NCBI GenBank assembly: GCA_963705705.1
Contig: CAVPKK010000004.1
Coordinates: 96,668-160,667, forward strand
Source: an uncultured bacterium
GTDB lineage: Bacteria > Babelota > Babeliae > Babelales > JABCYS01
DNA: 64,000 bases
Direction of reading: 5' to 3'
In this document: positions 25,222 to 34,960 of the stretch, piece by piece
Layout of the letters: each line of letters starts with the position of its first letter
Numbering within the stretch: position 1 is the stretch's first letter
Position numbers and translations under genes: made by a program
Notes under the pieces: model-generated
What the model saw: only the letters and a program-made list of their open reading frames with translations
Told to the model about the DNA's origin: nothing
Databases searched by the model: none

Positions 25222-25777
25222 TAGGCACGCGCGCGGCTTCAGCTTCCTCGAACTATTAGTAGTATTGGCCATCATGGGAATTCTAGGAACCATGGTGGCC
25301 CCTGCTTTATTGAGCATGCGCAGCGGTAATGATCGTCGCGTATTTGTTTCATCGCTCCAAGTATTAACCCGCCGGGCATGGCAAGAAGCACTTAATTCAA
25401 ATTTGCCACATCGCATCCGATTTGATTTTAAAAAACATATTGTCATAGCCGAACGTGCCACCGACCAAAAAAATCGCGCTGGCGAAGATGTATGGCAAGA
25501 GCTTTCAGATGAATATGTGCAAAGCAGCTTTAATATTCCATCACGCGAACAAATTAAAGATTTTTGGGTCGACGGAACCGATTTGGTCCATGTGCGCGGC
25601 ATGGATATATACGAGGTGTTCTTTTACCTGTTCCCCGACGGCACTTCACAACAAGTAATTATCAATGTATTTGATAGTGGCGAGAATACCGAATCAGCCG
25701 CCGGCAGCAGATTTAGCATGGTGCTTAACCCGATTACTGTACGTTTTACCGAATACCCAACATTCCAAAAGCCATGA
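25205..25777 (+). CDS. Minor pseudopilin (GspH-like)
   Basis: RG|FSFLELLVVLAI, FPDG motif, position after gspG; TTG start inferred. Confidence 0.75.
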   Translation: MVSLINRHARGFSFLELLVVLAIMGILGTMVAPALLSMRSGNDRRVFVSSLQVLTRRAWQEALNSNLPHRIRFDFKKHIVIAERATDQKNRAGEDVWQELSDEYVQSSFNIPSREQIKDFWVDGTDLVHVRGMDIYEVFFYLFPDGTSQQVIINVFDSGENTESAAGSRFSMVLNPITVRFTEYPTFQKP

Positions 25778-26196
25778 TGAAAACATTATCCCAAGGATTT
25801 TCATTCCTAGAAGTAATCTTCGCCATCGCCCTACTCGGTGCGATCGGCGCCCCAATCCTCATGCTCAATTACAACGTGCTCATCTCAACCGATCGCACAA
25901 GCGAACTATCCGAACGAATTATAGTGCTTGAACGAACATTGCAAGAACAATTGCTAGAGCAGGCAACCAAGCCTAAGGAAGGAAGGGATGCCGAAACCAA
26001 AAAAAATATTAAGATTGATGAGCCACCCACCGAAATTGTATATGAACGCAACCGAATACCAGAACAATCACAACTAGCAGTGTTTAAAGAAGCGCAGTTG
26101 GTAAAAGTTACTGGTTCATGGCAACTAAATACCGGCGGTTCGCGAACTGAATCATTAGTTACCTTTGCCGTCAAACCAATCGAGACTAAAAAATGA
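25774..26196 (+). CDS. Minor pseudopilin (GspI-like)
   Basis: QG|FSFLEVIFAIAL; ATGA overlap with the previous gene. Confidence 0.75.
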   Translation: MMKTLSQGFSFLEVIFAIALLGAIGAPILMLNYNVLISTDRTSELSERIIVLERTLQEQLLEQATKPKEGRDAETKKNIKIDEPPTEIVYERNRIPEQSQLAVFKEAQLVKVTGSWQLNTGGSRTESLVTFAVKPIETKK

Positions 26197-27272
26197 TTTG
26201 GAAGGGAAGAAGCGCGCTCATTCTGAGTTTATCGAAGAATCGAAGCGCGAAAAATGACTTTAATGCACAATCCCCCGGATTATCAGTCCTTGAACTATTG
26301 ATATCCATAACGCTTGCTGCCTTACTCTCAACATTAATCTTTAATATTTTTTACCAACAACACAACACAATACTCGCGGTAGAGGAGCATGAAGATGTTG
26401 ATGTCTCAACAGCCGTCGTATTAAGACAACTAGCGCATGATCTTGCTGGCGTATGGCAGCCGATAAGTGTTACTGAAGCTAAAAAAACGGTTGAAAAAGC
26501 TGAAGGTGCACAAGAACAAGAAAAAGAAAGCACACCGGTCTCTGGCACCAAAATTCGTGAACTAACATTTAAACCTCTGACAAATGCTTTTGTGGCTACT
26601 GAAAAAAACAACCAACTCGATGAACTTACCTTTATTACCGAAAATCCATTGCACCGATTTGTAACGCCGCTGCCCTCCGTACCACCAAAACCGCAAATGG
26701 TTCGGGTGATGTATCAATTCAAAGATAAAAAACTGTTACGCAGCGAAGCAGTAGTTAATACAAAAACAGGAGCGCAAGCCACAAAAACACAACCCATTGT
26801 GGTGGCAGAAAATATTACGAGCATGGTATGCACATTCATGTACACAACCTCTTCTGATAAAGAGCATGTCTTAAATGAACAATCAAACTGGGATAGCAAT
26901 TTATTCTTTGCATCACTATTGACCAAGACACAAAAAGAGCAGGATAAAACTGCCAAGCAAAATCCTATTCCAAAAATTCCACCACTGCCAAGCATGGTTA
27001 AAGTGCGCATTACCCTATTTGATAAATTGCAACGCCGGCAGCATTCGTATAGTTATTTAATTCCAGTACCCACAGCAACCTTCGCTCATCAGGCAGGCAT
27101 CACAATATTGCAACCACCAATGCCAAAGCCTAAGGAAAACAATGCACCGCTTGCGCAACTCCGCCAACCAGGCGGAATGCCACAGATATTTGTACGAACC
27201 CCACAACGCGCTCAGCTCATGAATAATCTGACAACTGGACTCTCTAAAGCGTTTGGCCTGGCAAAAAGATAA
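26193..27272 (+). CDS. Minor pseudopilin (GspJ-like) with extended leader
   Basis: PG|LSVLELLISITL, QLAHDL, LPSMVKVRITL; ATGA overlap. Confidence 0.75.
   Translation: MIWKGRSALILSLSKNRSAKNDFNAQSPGLSVLELLISITLAALLSTLIFNIFYQQHNTILAVEEHEDVDVSTAVVLRQLAHDLAGVWQPISVTEAKKTVEKAEGAQEQEKESTPVSGTKIRELTFKPLTNAFVATEKNNQLDELTFITENPLHRFVTPLPSVPPKPQMVRVMYQFKDKKLLRSEAVVNTKTGAQATKTQPIVVAENITSMVCTFMYTTSSDKEHVLNEQSNWDSNLFFASLLTKTQKEQDKTAKQNPIPKIPPLPSMVKVRITLFDKLQRRQHSYSYLIPVPTATFAHQAGITILQPPMPKPKENNAPLAQLRQPGGMPQIFVRTPQRAQLMNNLTTGLSKAFGLAKR
26212..26249 (+). repeat. Palindromic interspersed element (in frame in the GspJ-like leader)
   Basis: GCGCGCTCATTCTGAGTTTATCGAAGAATCGAAGCGCG. Confidence 0.85.
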
Positions 27273-27324
27273 GTTATTTATGCAACAAAAATCAATTTTT
27301 CAAACCTATAGCTTATACCTGACA

Positions 27325-27360
27325 GCGCTCATCCTGAGTTTATCGAAGGATCATAGCGCG
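27325..27360 (+). repeat. Palindromic interspersed element
   Basis: GCGCTCATCCTGAGTTTATCGAAGGATCATAGCGCG. Confidence 0.85.
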
Positions 27361-27392
27361 CAAGGGAAAGAATCGTATAACAATAATTGATC

Positions 27393-28496
27393 ATGAAAAT
27401 TAAGATAAATACATCCTCATCAAACGAGCAACCGGGTTACGTCTTCGTGCTCTTCCTCATGCTCATGACCTTATCCATCGCGCTGAGCACACAAATATAT
27501 AATGAAAATATAGCCCATGTATTGGTGGCGCGAACTATGGTTGATCGTCAAAGGGCAACAACTCTCGCCAATGGCGGTGTTCAACTTGCCATGAGCTCAT
27601 TATTAACGACCGATACAGGCGAAACGAAGCAAAATCCTAGTGCTCAAGCAAAAGCCAAACAGGGGCCTTCTGTTCAAGTTGCGAGCGGCAAGAAACTACT
27701 TGAAAAAATATTACCGGTGCTCAATCGATGGCAGACATTTAAACTTTCGCCACAAGTCGATGGTATTGATGCAACATTAAACATTTGCATCATGTGCGAA
27801 GATGGCAAATTTAATCCCAATTGGTTCTTTATCATGCAGGAGCTGAAGCGAACCACTGGCCAAGAATCTGGTTATGCACAAATTAAAAAAGAGTTTGAGC
27901 AACGGCTACGAGACGCAGTTGGCTTTGATGTGACCGCAGTGCTCGATAAATTTTTTACAGAAAGAAAAGCACCACTCATTGATATCACCGAACTCTTAGA
28001 ACTAAAAGAATTTGCTGTGTTTAAAAACAAATTGTTTTATGAGCCGCCTACAAGCGAGCAAAAAGGAAAAGGAACTGTCTATCTACTTGATCTCTTTACT
28101 ACCGAAGACTGGCTTGGACCAAACTTGAAAATGCGCGAACAAGTAAACCCATGGCTCTTCTCAGATGCCTGGTGCATTATTTTTGGACTACAACGCCCAA
28201 AGGCAGGCGATATTAAGGAACGCAAGGATCAGGTTACGGGTTGGCTCAAAGATTTTAAAGATAAGACTAATTGGCCACAAGACTGGGATAAATTACTTAA
28301 GCCAATATACCATAAAGATTTTGCTTCCTTGCCAAAGAATATAGACATGCTGTTTTCTACAAACGTGGCACCAACACTTTTTTCGGTTCTCAGTTATGCC
28401 ACTGTTGGTTCTATAACCCAGCGTCTATATGCGGTATTTCAATTAACTGGCAAGCCTGAAGAGCCATTTGTAATCAAAAAAATGTATTGGTTATAG
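27393..28496 (+). CDS. Minor pseudopilin (GspK-like)
   Basis: PG|YVFVLFL lacking Glu5 (a GspK trait), RA..LA.GGVQLA, I.CEDGKFNPN, ITELLEL. Confidence 0.75.
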   Translation: MKIKINTSSSNEQPGYVFVLFLMLMTLSIALSTQIYNENIAHVLVARTMVDRQRATTLANGGVQLAMSSLLTTDTGETKQNPSAQAKAKQGPSVQVASGKKLLEKILPVLNRWQTFKLSPQVDGIDATLNICIMCEDGKFNPNWFFIMQELKRTTGQESGYAQIKKEFEQRLRDAVGFDVTAVLDKFFTERKAPLIDITELLELKEFAVFKNKLFYEPPTSEQKGKGTVYLLDLFTTEDWLGPNLKMREQVNPWLFSDAWCIIFGLQRPKAGDIKERKDQVTGWLKDFKDKTNWPQDWDKLLKPIYHKDFASLPKNIDMLFSTNVAPTLFSVLSYATVGSITQRLYAVFQLTGKPEEPFVIKKMYWL

Positions 28497-28623
28497 CCAC
28501 TAAGTTTGAAAAAGTTGCAGATTCTGGAAGACTCTTGCTATCTTAATCTGATAAATTAAATATCTATTTGTACCTATCAGGTATAATTAAGGATGAGTTA
28601 GATTCCTAATAAAAGGACGTACG

Positions 28624-30255
28624 TTGCAGATAAGAGCTGAAACTACCGTCGGTATTTTCGTAGCCGCGGCACTCGCCGTATTTTTCTACATGACGTTCCA
28701 AGTCGGCGTATTCCGACTTGATTGGCGTGACTATGTTCCATATGTCATTTATTTCAAAGATGTTTCCGGATTACAAAAAAAAGCAGAAGTTAAGATTGCT
28801 GGTGTCAAAGTCGGTTGGGTTGAAAATGTCGAATTGGTGCCTAATGAAGAGCGCGCCAAAGCAGATATCATGGTGCATAAAAAATATGAGTTACACAGCG
28901 ATGCCTATGCCGTTGTTCGACAAGAAGGTCTGTTGGGAAGCAAATATTTAGAAGTTGTTCCTGGTGATCCAATGCTTCCAGGCCTTCAATCAGGCGATAG
29001 TCTTTCGCGACCTGGCAAACCTCCGGTAAATATCGATGAGCTATTCCAAAAGTTCAATGTAATCGCTAGCAACGTTGAAGATATTACGAGTTCGCTAAAG
29101 GACGTTATTGGTTCTGAAGAACGTGATCAACTGCGCATGATGATGAACAACTTCGAAATGGCAGCTTCACGATTAGCAGACGCTTCCGAATCCATTGATC
29201 GCCTGGTCACCAAAAATGAAGATAATCTATCTGGCATTGTAAGTAACTTTAAAGAGTTCACCTCCGAATTACGTACCGGCTGGCCAAATATCCAGAATCG
29301 CGTTGAAGATGCTACAGCGTCAGTAAACCAGTTCGCTACCAAAATGGTTACCACAGCAGAAGCTATTGAAGATGCCGCCACCCAAGCTCGCGATTCAATT
29401 CGCAGCTTTGGCGATGTAGCTGATAAAATAAATGAAGGCCGGGGATTGATCGGTAAATTGGTAACAGAAGACGAGACATATAACGATATCCGAACTGCCG
29501 TCTCTGGGCTCAAAAACTATTTTGCAAAAGTTGAACGGCTAGGCGTAGTATTTGATGCTTATTCAGAAATGATGTGGGGCCCAGCAGAAAGTTTCCGCGA
29601 CCACCTTGACCGCCACATAAAGAAGCGTGATGCCAAAGGATATTTCGGCTTCCGTATTCACCCGACCGAAGACCACTTCTATATATTACAGGCAGTTGCT
29701 ACACGTAAAGGGCATGTTGACCGTGTCATGCAATTAACACGATTCTCAACGGAAGTCGGTTCTTATCCAGATATGGATGCCTGTATTGGCGTACCACCAA
29801 CTATTGATCTACAAAATACGACAACAAAAGTACAATTATATGACCCAGCCGCTCGTGAAGTGACAACCATCCGCCGTGGAGGATTGTTGAAATTTAACTT
29901 ACAGATGGCGAAAATCTTCAAAGATGTTGCATTCCGTTTCGGCTTATTTGAAAACAGTGCTGGTATGGGCTTCGATTACGATATTCCTTTCCGCTCTGAT
30001 CGATTCCGTTGGATCACCAGCTTTGAAATGTTTGACTTCTTTGGCGATGATCGTATCAACGACCAACGTCCTCACCTGAAATGGTTGAACCGTGTCTTCG
30101 TCTATAATAACTTCTATATGGCCTTTGGTGCTGATGACTTTATCAGTAGGCACAATGCTAATGCCTTTGCTGGATTTGGCTTACGCTTTGCCGATGATGA
30201 TATAAAATATCTAGCTTCTAAATTCAGCTCGGTTACCACAAGCGTTCAAGCTTAG
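28624..30255 (+). CDS. MCE/MlaD family protein with long helical region and C-terminal beta-rich domain
   Basis: ETTVGIFV membrane anchor, F.DVSGL...AEVKIAGVKVG.V, EGLLGSKYLEVVPG, KINEGRGLIGKLV. Confidence 0.9.
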   Translation: MQIRAETTVGIFVAAALAVFFYMTFQVGVFRLDWRDYVPYVIYFKDVSGLQKKAEVKIAGVKVGWVENVELVPNEERAKADIMVHKKYELHSDAYAVVRQEGLLGSKYLEVVPGDPMLPGLQSGDSLSRPGKPPVNIDELFQKFNVIASNVEDITSSLKDVIGSEERDQLRMMMNNFEMAASRLADASESIDRLVTKNEDNLSGIVSNFKEFTSELRTGWPNIQNRVEDATASVNQFATKMVTTAEAIEDAATQARDSIRSFGDVADKINEGRGLIGKLVTEDETYNDIRTAVSGLKNYFAKVERLGVVFDAYSEMMWGPAESFRDHLDRHIKKRDAKGYFGFRIHPTEDHFYILQAVATRKGHVDRVMQLTRFSTEVGSYPDMDACIGVPPTIDLQNTTTKVQLYDPAAREVTTIRRGGLLKFNLQMAKIFKDVAFRFGLFENSAGMGFDYDIPFRSDRFRWITSFEMFDFFGDDRINDQRPHLKWLNRVFVYNNFYMAFGADDFISRHNANAFAGFGLRFADDDIKYLASKFSSVTTSVQA

Positions 30256-31176
30256 ATCATTGGCATACCATTTGCTGAGCTGAGTAACTAATATCTCATC
30301 GCGTTCAATAGCTTTTTTGGTCGCCACGATATGTTCTTCATTCATGCCGCATAACCAAGAAAGATATAGCCGTTGTGCCCAGGTGGTCTTGGTGAGCGAA
30401 CTCTTCAACTGTTGTAATTCCTGATCAATCGCTTCTATAATTCCTGGAATAGAACTCTCTTTGGATATTGATCTCTTCATAGCAAATGCTGCATCATAGG
30501 CCATCATTTCGCCAACCTGCTCAGGCGCCAAAGCGCCAAGCTCAACCGTAGATAGTTCCCCCCGTTTCCAGTTATGCCAGGCATGGGGGCTATTGAGCAG
30601 CTCATCATTGTTTGTTTTGAGCGCATAGTAAACGACGCCAAGGCCAACAGTTGCTAGTCCGGCAATACCAACTGCTTTTTTACCAAACATGCTCTGACCG
30701 CCAAGCTGCCCATCCCAACTTCTATCGCGCCGCCATGGCTGCCTAGGCGTCCTTGAGTTTTGAGTTGGGTTGGCGTTATTGCTTGAAGAACTATCAGTAC
30801 GCGAATTAAGGTCACTGCCATTTTGTTCCCCATCCAGTGTTTCTGTGCCGAAGTTTGTAGATGAGTGATCGCCAAAATTAAGGGGCATAATGGGTTTCAC
30901 ATTAATATTAATGGTCGGGCTGGTTTGGTTGTGATAGTTGGGTTGAAAGGAGGCGGACGTAGTATTTTGCGGATTGGCATGTGCCTCGGGTGCGTTTGTT
31001 GAATCATACTTGGGTTGTTCTACGGCGCTATTGCTACCACGATTCATTGAGGCCGCCACACCCAAGCCTCCTACTGCGGCGCCAACGCCGGCCGCACCAA
31101 TGATTGGAAGTACTCCAGCCGCAAAGGTATATATTGGGAAAAGTAGTAATGAATATAGGATACATCGTGTGCACAT
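30211..31176 (-). CDS. Hypothetical exported/membrane protein
   Basis: Signal peptide plus hydrophobic GAAVGGLG segment, S/N/T-rich linker, second hydrophobic segment; AAGGAG SD before MCTRC. Confidence 0.65.
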   Translation of the reverse strand: MCTRCILYSLLLFPIYTFAAGVLPIIGAAGVGAAVGGLGVAASMNRGSNSAVEQPKYDSTNAPEAHANPQNTTSASFQPNYHNQTSPTININVKPIMPLNFGDHSSTNFGTETLDGEQNGSDLNSRTDSSSSNNANPTQNSRTPRQPWRRDRSWDGQLGGQSMFGKKAVGIAGLATVGLGVVYYALKTNNDELLNSPHAWHNWKRGELSTVELGALAPEQVGEMMAYDAAFAMKRSISKESSIPGIIEAIDQELQQLKSSLTKTTWAQRLYLSWLCGMNEEHIVATKKAIERDEILVTQLSKWYANDLSLNACGNRAEFRS

Positions 31177-31302
31177 GGGATCTCCTTTTTTAGACATGGA
31201 CATTGAGCATAATAGTAAGAAGCAAAAGAATGGCGGAAGGGTTGGTGCAAAAATGACTACGTTTGCTACTCTGTTCCTACATTTTCGAGCACAAGGGACA
31301 CT

Positions 31303-32277
31303 ATGTACGTACTTTATATAAGTTTATTAGCCATTCTAGCTACCTTTACCGGCTGTCAGCACAGCCATCCCGTGAAGGCCAAAAACCGCCCGGGGCAGAA
31401 GGTTGAACGCGCCGAAAAAGAAAATCAAAAAATAGCTACCGGCAAAACGGCAAAGGAACGGCAGAAACAGCGCTTTGCTCACGCAAAAAAAGAAGAACCA
31501 TTCCTCCGCTCAATTAAAGAAATGAATTTTGACGAGCTCAAGACAACCAAGATCCATGCTATTGCCAACGGTAATAATGACCGGGTACTTGCCATCCTCA
31601 AGCGTATGATGGCAACCGCTACGGATATTGAAGAGTTAAGAGATGTGCGTATTGAATTAGCCGACTACTCATTTGATAATGGTGATCTTGAAGAAGCAGC
31701 AGCCCAATATGATGACTTCATTAGTTTCTACCCGGGTAGCGAACTAGTTGAATATGCAAAATACAAACTGATCTTGTGCACCTACTATCAAACATTAGAT
31801 GCTGATCGTGATCAGTCCAAAACAAAGCAAACAATTCAACAAGCGCAACAATTTTTAGCGCATAATGATTATATAAATTATCAGTCGGATGTTGGCGCCA
31901 TCTTCAAGCTATGCCGCAACCGTTTATTTGAAAATGAAATTGGCACATTTAATTATTATCTAGAACGCCACAAACTTGGTGCCGCGGAAGCCCGCCTGGA
32001 ACAAATAAAAACGGCCTTTGCCGAATCACGTTTTAATCCAACCGTTCTTTCTCTAGAAATCCAACTTGCTCAATTACAAGGCAATAGTTCCCTGTGCGAA
32101 GAAAAGAAGCTAGCGCTCGCAGCCATCGATGTAGAATTAGCAAAACGAGCTATAGAAGGTCAACGCATCGATGCCAAAACTACTCCTGAAGAAGTAAAAG
32201 AAATTTTGGTCGCGCACGGTCTTGATACGGGCAACGTTCCTGAAGGCTTTACAAAAGCGTTCACGCAGCTGTTTTAG
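31303..32277 (+). CDS. bamD: Outer-membrane assembly lipoprotein BamD-like
   Basis: Lipobox FTGC, TPR-like LAD.SF..G..EEA..QY..F..FYPGS..VEYA.Y, DRDQSKTKQ. Confidence 0.85.
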   Translation: MYVLYISLLAILATFTGCQHSHPVKAKNRPGQKVERAEKENQKIATGKTAKERQKQRFAHAKKEEPFLRSIKEMNFDELKTTKIHAIANGNNDRVLAILKRMMATATDIEELRDVRIELADYSFDNGDLEEAAAQYDDFISFYPGSELVEYAKYKLILCTYYQTLDADRDQSKTKQTIQQAQQFLAHNDYINYQSDVGAIFKLCRNRLFENEIGTFNYYLERHKLGAAEARLEQIKTAFAESRFNPTVLSLEIQLAQLQGNSSLCEEKKLALAAIDVELAKRAIEGQRIDAKTTPEEVKEILVAHGLDTGNVPEGFTKAFTQLF

Positions 32278-32303
32278 ATAGATTCGGATTGAAAAATATG
32301 AAG

Positions 32304-32978
32304 TTAGACGAGCACACCAACCAAGATATTCCGCGCTAGATAAAACAGAACTACCGCAAACAATATTGCATCAAAGCGGTCCAGCAAACCACCATGGCCA
32401 GGCAGTAATGACCCCGAGTCTTTCACATGCGCCAATCTTTTAATTGCTGATTCAAATAAATCTCCCGCCAATCCCAATGCGCAGGTCAGCGCAACAATTA
32501 CGACGCTCAATACAACATCAATTGCTGGTGCCACATCAAGCACATAGCAACGAATCCAATATACGGCATAAAAGAAAACTAATGCCACGATACATCCGCC
32601 AGCCACGCCCTCCCAGCTTTTGCCGGGGCTAATAGCTGGCGCAATTTTTACCCGGCCGATCAGAGAGCCCAGTAAATAACTACCTGTATCAAAGGTCCAG
32701 ATAATTGAGAAAAGGTAAATAAGTAGATGGCGGCAGGCCAGATTCTGATTGAGCAAGATAAGAAACAAGATTGGTACGATGGGATATGCCGGCGTAAGCA
32801 ATACGAGAAACTTATTGCCAGCAGAAAGTTTGTACCATTCGTGCACCATGATGATACCGGCTATTGCTATCAGCAATGAAAAAAACAGTGGCGGAAGAAA
32901 AAAAAAGATGCCCAAAACCACCATGCCAAAGAAAAGGCCTGTTAGTGAGCGGAGATATAAATCAGTTAATGTCTTCAT
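32304..32978 (-). CDS. cdsA: Phosphatidate cytidylyltransferase
   Basis: DTGSY..G, ISPGKSWEG, GDLFESAIKR...VKDSGSLLPGHGGLLDRFD. Confidence 0.95.
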   Translation of the reverse strand: MKTLTDLYLRSLTGLFFGMVVLGIFFFLPPLFFSLLIAIAGIIMVHEWYKLSAGNKFLVLLTPAYPIVPILFLILLNQNLACRHLLIYLFSIIWTFDTGSYLLGSLIGRVKIAPAISPGKSWEGVAGGCIVALVFFYAVYWIRCYVLDVAPAIDVVLSVVIVALTCALGLAGDLFESAIKRLAHVKDSGSLLPGHGGLLDRFDAILFAVVLFYLARNILVGVLV

Positions 32979-33045
32979 GATGGAATTAGATTAGCTGCAA
33001 TTTTGGTTTATTAAAAGTTTTTTCTATTTGATCATATAGCTGGTC

Positions 33046-33159
33046 TAGCGCTTTGATCCTTCGATCCTTCGATAAACTCAGGAGTAAACTCTTCGACTTG
33101 GGGATTTTGTATCGAAGGACTACAGGCTGAGCCTCGTCGAAGCCTCAGGATGAGCGCTA
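33046..33159 (-). repeat. Nested/compound copy of the palindromic element
   Basis: Outer arms TAGCGCTTTGATCCTTCGA and CTCAGGATGAGCGCTA enclose further cores (TCCTTCGATAAACTCAGGA; GGCTGAGCCTCGTCGAAGCC). Confidence 0.8.
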
Positions 33160-33322
33160 TTTAAGTCATTTTCAAGAACAAGTTGATAATAAACGCATTT
33201 CTTCATACCAGAACAGCACAAAAGCCAATTACCGCCGCTTAATATTGCGATTTCACGCACCGTCATGTTAAAACAATAGTGTGACAATAGCATGCAACCT
33301 AACAAATTAAAAAAGGATCGTA

Positions 33323-34867
33323 ATGAAATTGAACCTACGTCTGGCACTCAGCCTTCTTGTGATTCCACTCATTGCCTTTGCAAAAGATAAAGATACCGAT
33401 TACGCAACCGGCAAAACATTTTTTAGCGTAAACCCACAATATTCAACCGGTCGGCCTGAGCATTTTAGCTTGTATCGCCGCGAACGCATGAGGGCCCGTG
33501 AAGATGGTATTCAAGCCTCAATGCAAGCAGTTGTTTTCGGCGGTCAATCAATAAATAAAAGTGGTCTGGCCAAATATTTTTTACCTTTCCAAAAAGAAGC
33601 TCTTGTTGTAGCTGAAGGTCCAAATCCACAACCGACTGCGGGCGTATTTATTGGCGGATCGTCCGGTTTCAAAGCAGATGCTTATGATCTTCTTGCCAGC
33701 AATTTCAATATTGCAACGACTGATCGCAATTTCCAAAGCACCATAAAAATACGACCAGAACAAAGCTATGTCGGCGGTGCACTCAATTATCGCCAAGGCG
33801 GACTTTGTGGCTGCACGAATGGCGGATTATGGTTCGATATCACCCTTCCGGTTGTTCATGTAAAAAACAAAGTTCATCTTGAAGAACGAGTAACTAGTAG
33901 TGGCACCCCATTACCAGGAACTGCCGTTGATATGCGAGCGGCATTTATGAATCCAGCTTGGAAATATGGAAAAATTGCACCATGTGGCAGAGGTAAAACG
34001 GCGGTGGCCGATGTAGAAATTCGCCTTGGCCGTGATTTCTCACATGGCGATGCCTGCTGGCTTGATACCTTTGTTGGGTTCATTATTCCTACAGGAAACC
34101 GTCCTGAAGGCAGATACATGTTTGAACCAATTGTTGGACGCAACCATCATTGGGGTATTATTTGGGGTGGTGCCGGTGCATTCCGCTTGTGGGAAAATTG
34201 TAATGGCCAATCAAATATCTTCTTAACAGTTGATGCCAACAATAATTATATGTTTGAAGGGCGCGAACGCCGCTCATTTGATTTGTGGGATAAACAATGG
34301 AGTAGATATATCAATGTATTCACCGATATTAATGCCACCAGCACCATGCCCGGTATTAATGTGCTCACCCAAAAGATGAAAATCAAACCTCATGGCCTGT
34401 ATCAATTTAATGCAAGCCTCGTATTTACCATGAATGAACATTTCCAATTCGAAGTTGGTGATCATGTGTTCTTCCGCCAAGCTGAAGAAGGTCGCCTATG
34501 CGGGCCATGGCAATTAGGGCCTGCAATTGCTGGTAATAGCATGGCGCCACCGCAACGCAGTATGAGTAATGCATCCATGAAGATGTGGAATTACGGCTTA
34601 ATAGAAAATGATGCCGACATGGGTGACCTACATACCATTCCAGCGGAAGATACCCCAGTGTTTAGACCAATTACTGTATGTGATCTCAATCTGCAATCTG
34701 CGCTTCATCCATTCTGCGGTGGGCATACGGTCTACGGTACATTTGGCTATCAAAGCACTTGCGAATACCCGTGGTTTACCGCGGTAGGCGCGAGTTACCA
34801 ATTCGGCGCTGATAATGCATTGCTGCGTCGTTGGTCAGTTTGGGGCAAAATTGGAATATCTGTATAA
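33323..34867 (+). CDS. Predicted outer-membrane beta-barrel protein, family member 1
   Basis: Signal peptide, alternating aromatic/Gly strands, C-terminal WSVWGKIGISV; paralog of three other genes here. Confidence 0.7.
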   Translation: MKLNLRLALSLLVIPLIAFAKDKDTDYATGKTFFSVNPQYSTGRPEHFSLYRRERMRAREDGIQASMQAVVFGGQSINKSGLAKYFLPFQKEALVVAEGPNPQPTAGVFIGGSSGFKADAYDLLASNFNIATTDRNFQSTIKIRPEQSYVGGALNYRQGGLCGCTNGGLWFDITLPVVHVKNKVHLEERVTSSGTPLPGTAVDMRAAFMNPAWKYGKIAPCGRGKTAVADVEIRLGRDFSHGDACWLDTFVGFIIPTGNRPEGRYMFEPIVGRNHHWGIIWGGAGAFRLWENCNGQSNIFLTVDANNNYMFEGRERRSFDLWDKQWSRYINVFTDINATSTMPGINVLTQKMKIKPHGLYQFNASLVFTMNEHFQFEVGDHVFFRQAEEGRLCGPWQLGPAIAGNSMAPPQRSMSNASMKMWNYGLIENDADMGDLHTIPAEDTPVFRPITVCDLNLQSALHPFCGGHTVYGTFGYQSTCEYPWFTAVGASYQFGADNALLRRWSVWGKIGISV

Positions 34868-34895
34868 AGAATACAATAATCAGAAGACACTTAAC

Positions 34896-34931
34896 CGCGC
34901 TCATCCTGAGTTAATCAAAGAATAAAGCGCG
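34896..34931 (+). repeat. Palindromic interspersed element (degenerate)
   Basis: CGCGCTCATCCTGAGTTAATCAAAGAATAAAGCGCG. Confidence 0.8.
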
Positions 34932-34960
34932 AGCCAAGCTAACTTAACAGGAGTTTTACA

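Noticed and set aside
30211..30255. 45-bp overlap of convergent genes
   Set aside because: Short 3' overlaps are common in compact genomes; no sign of special function.
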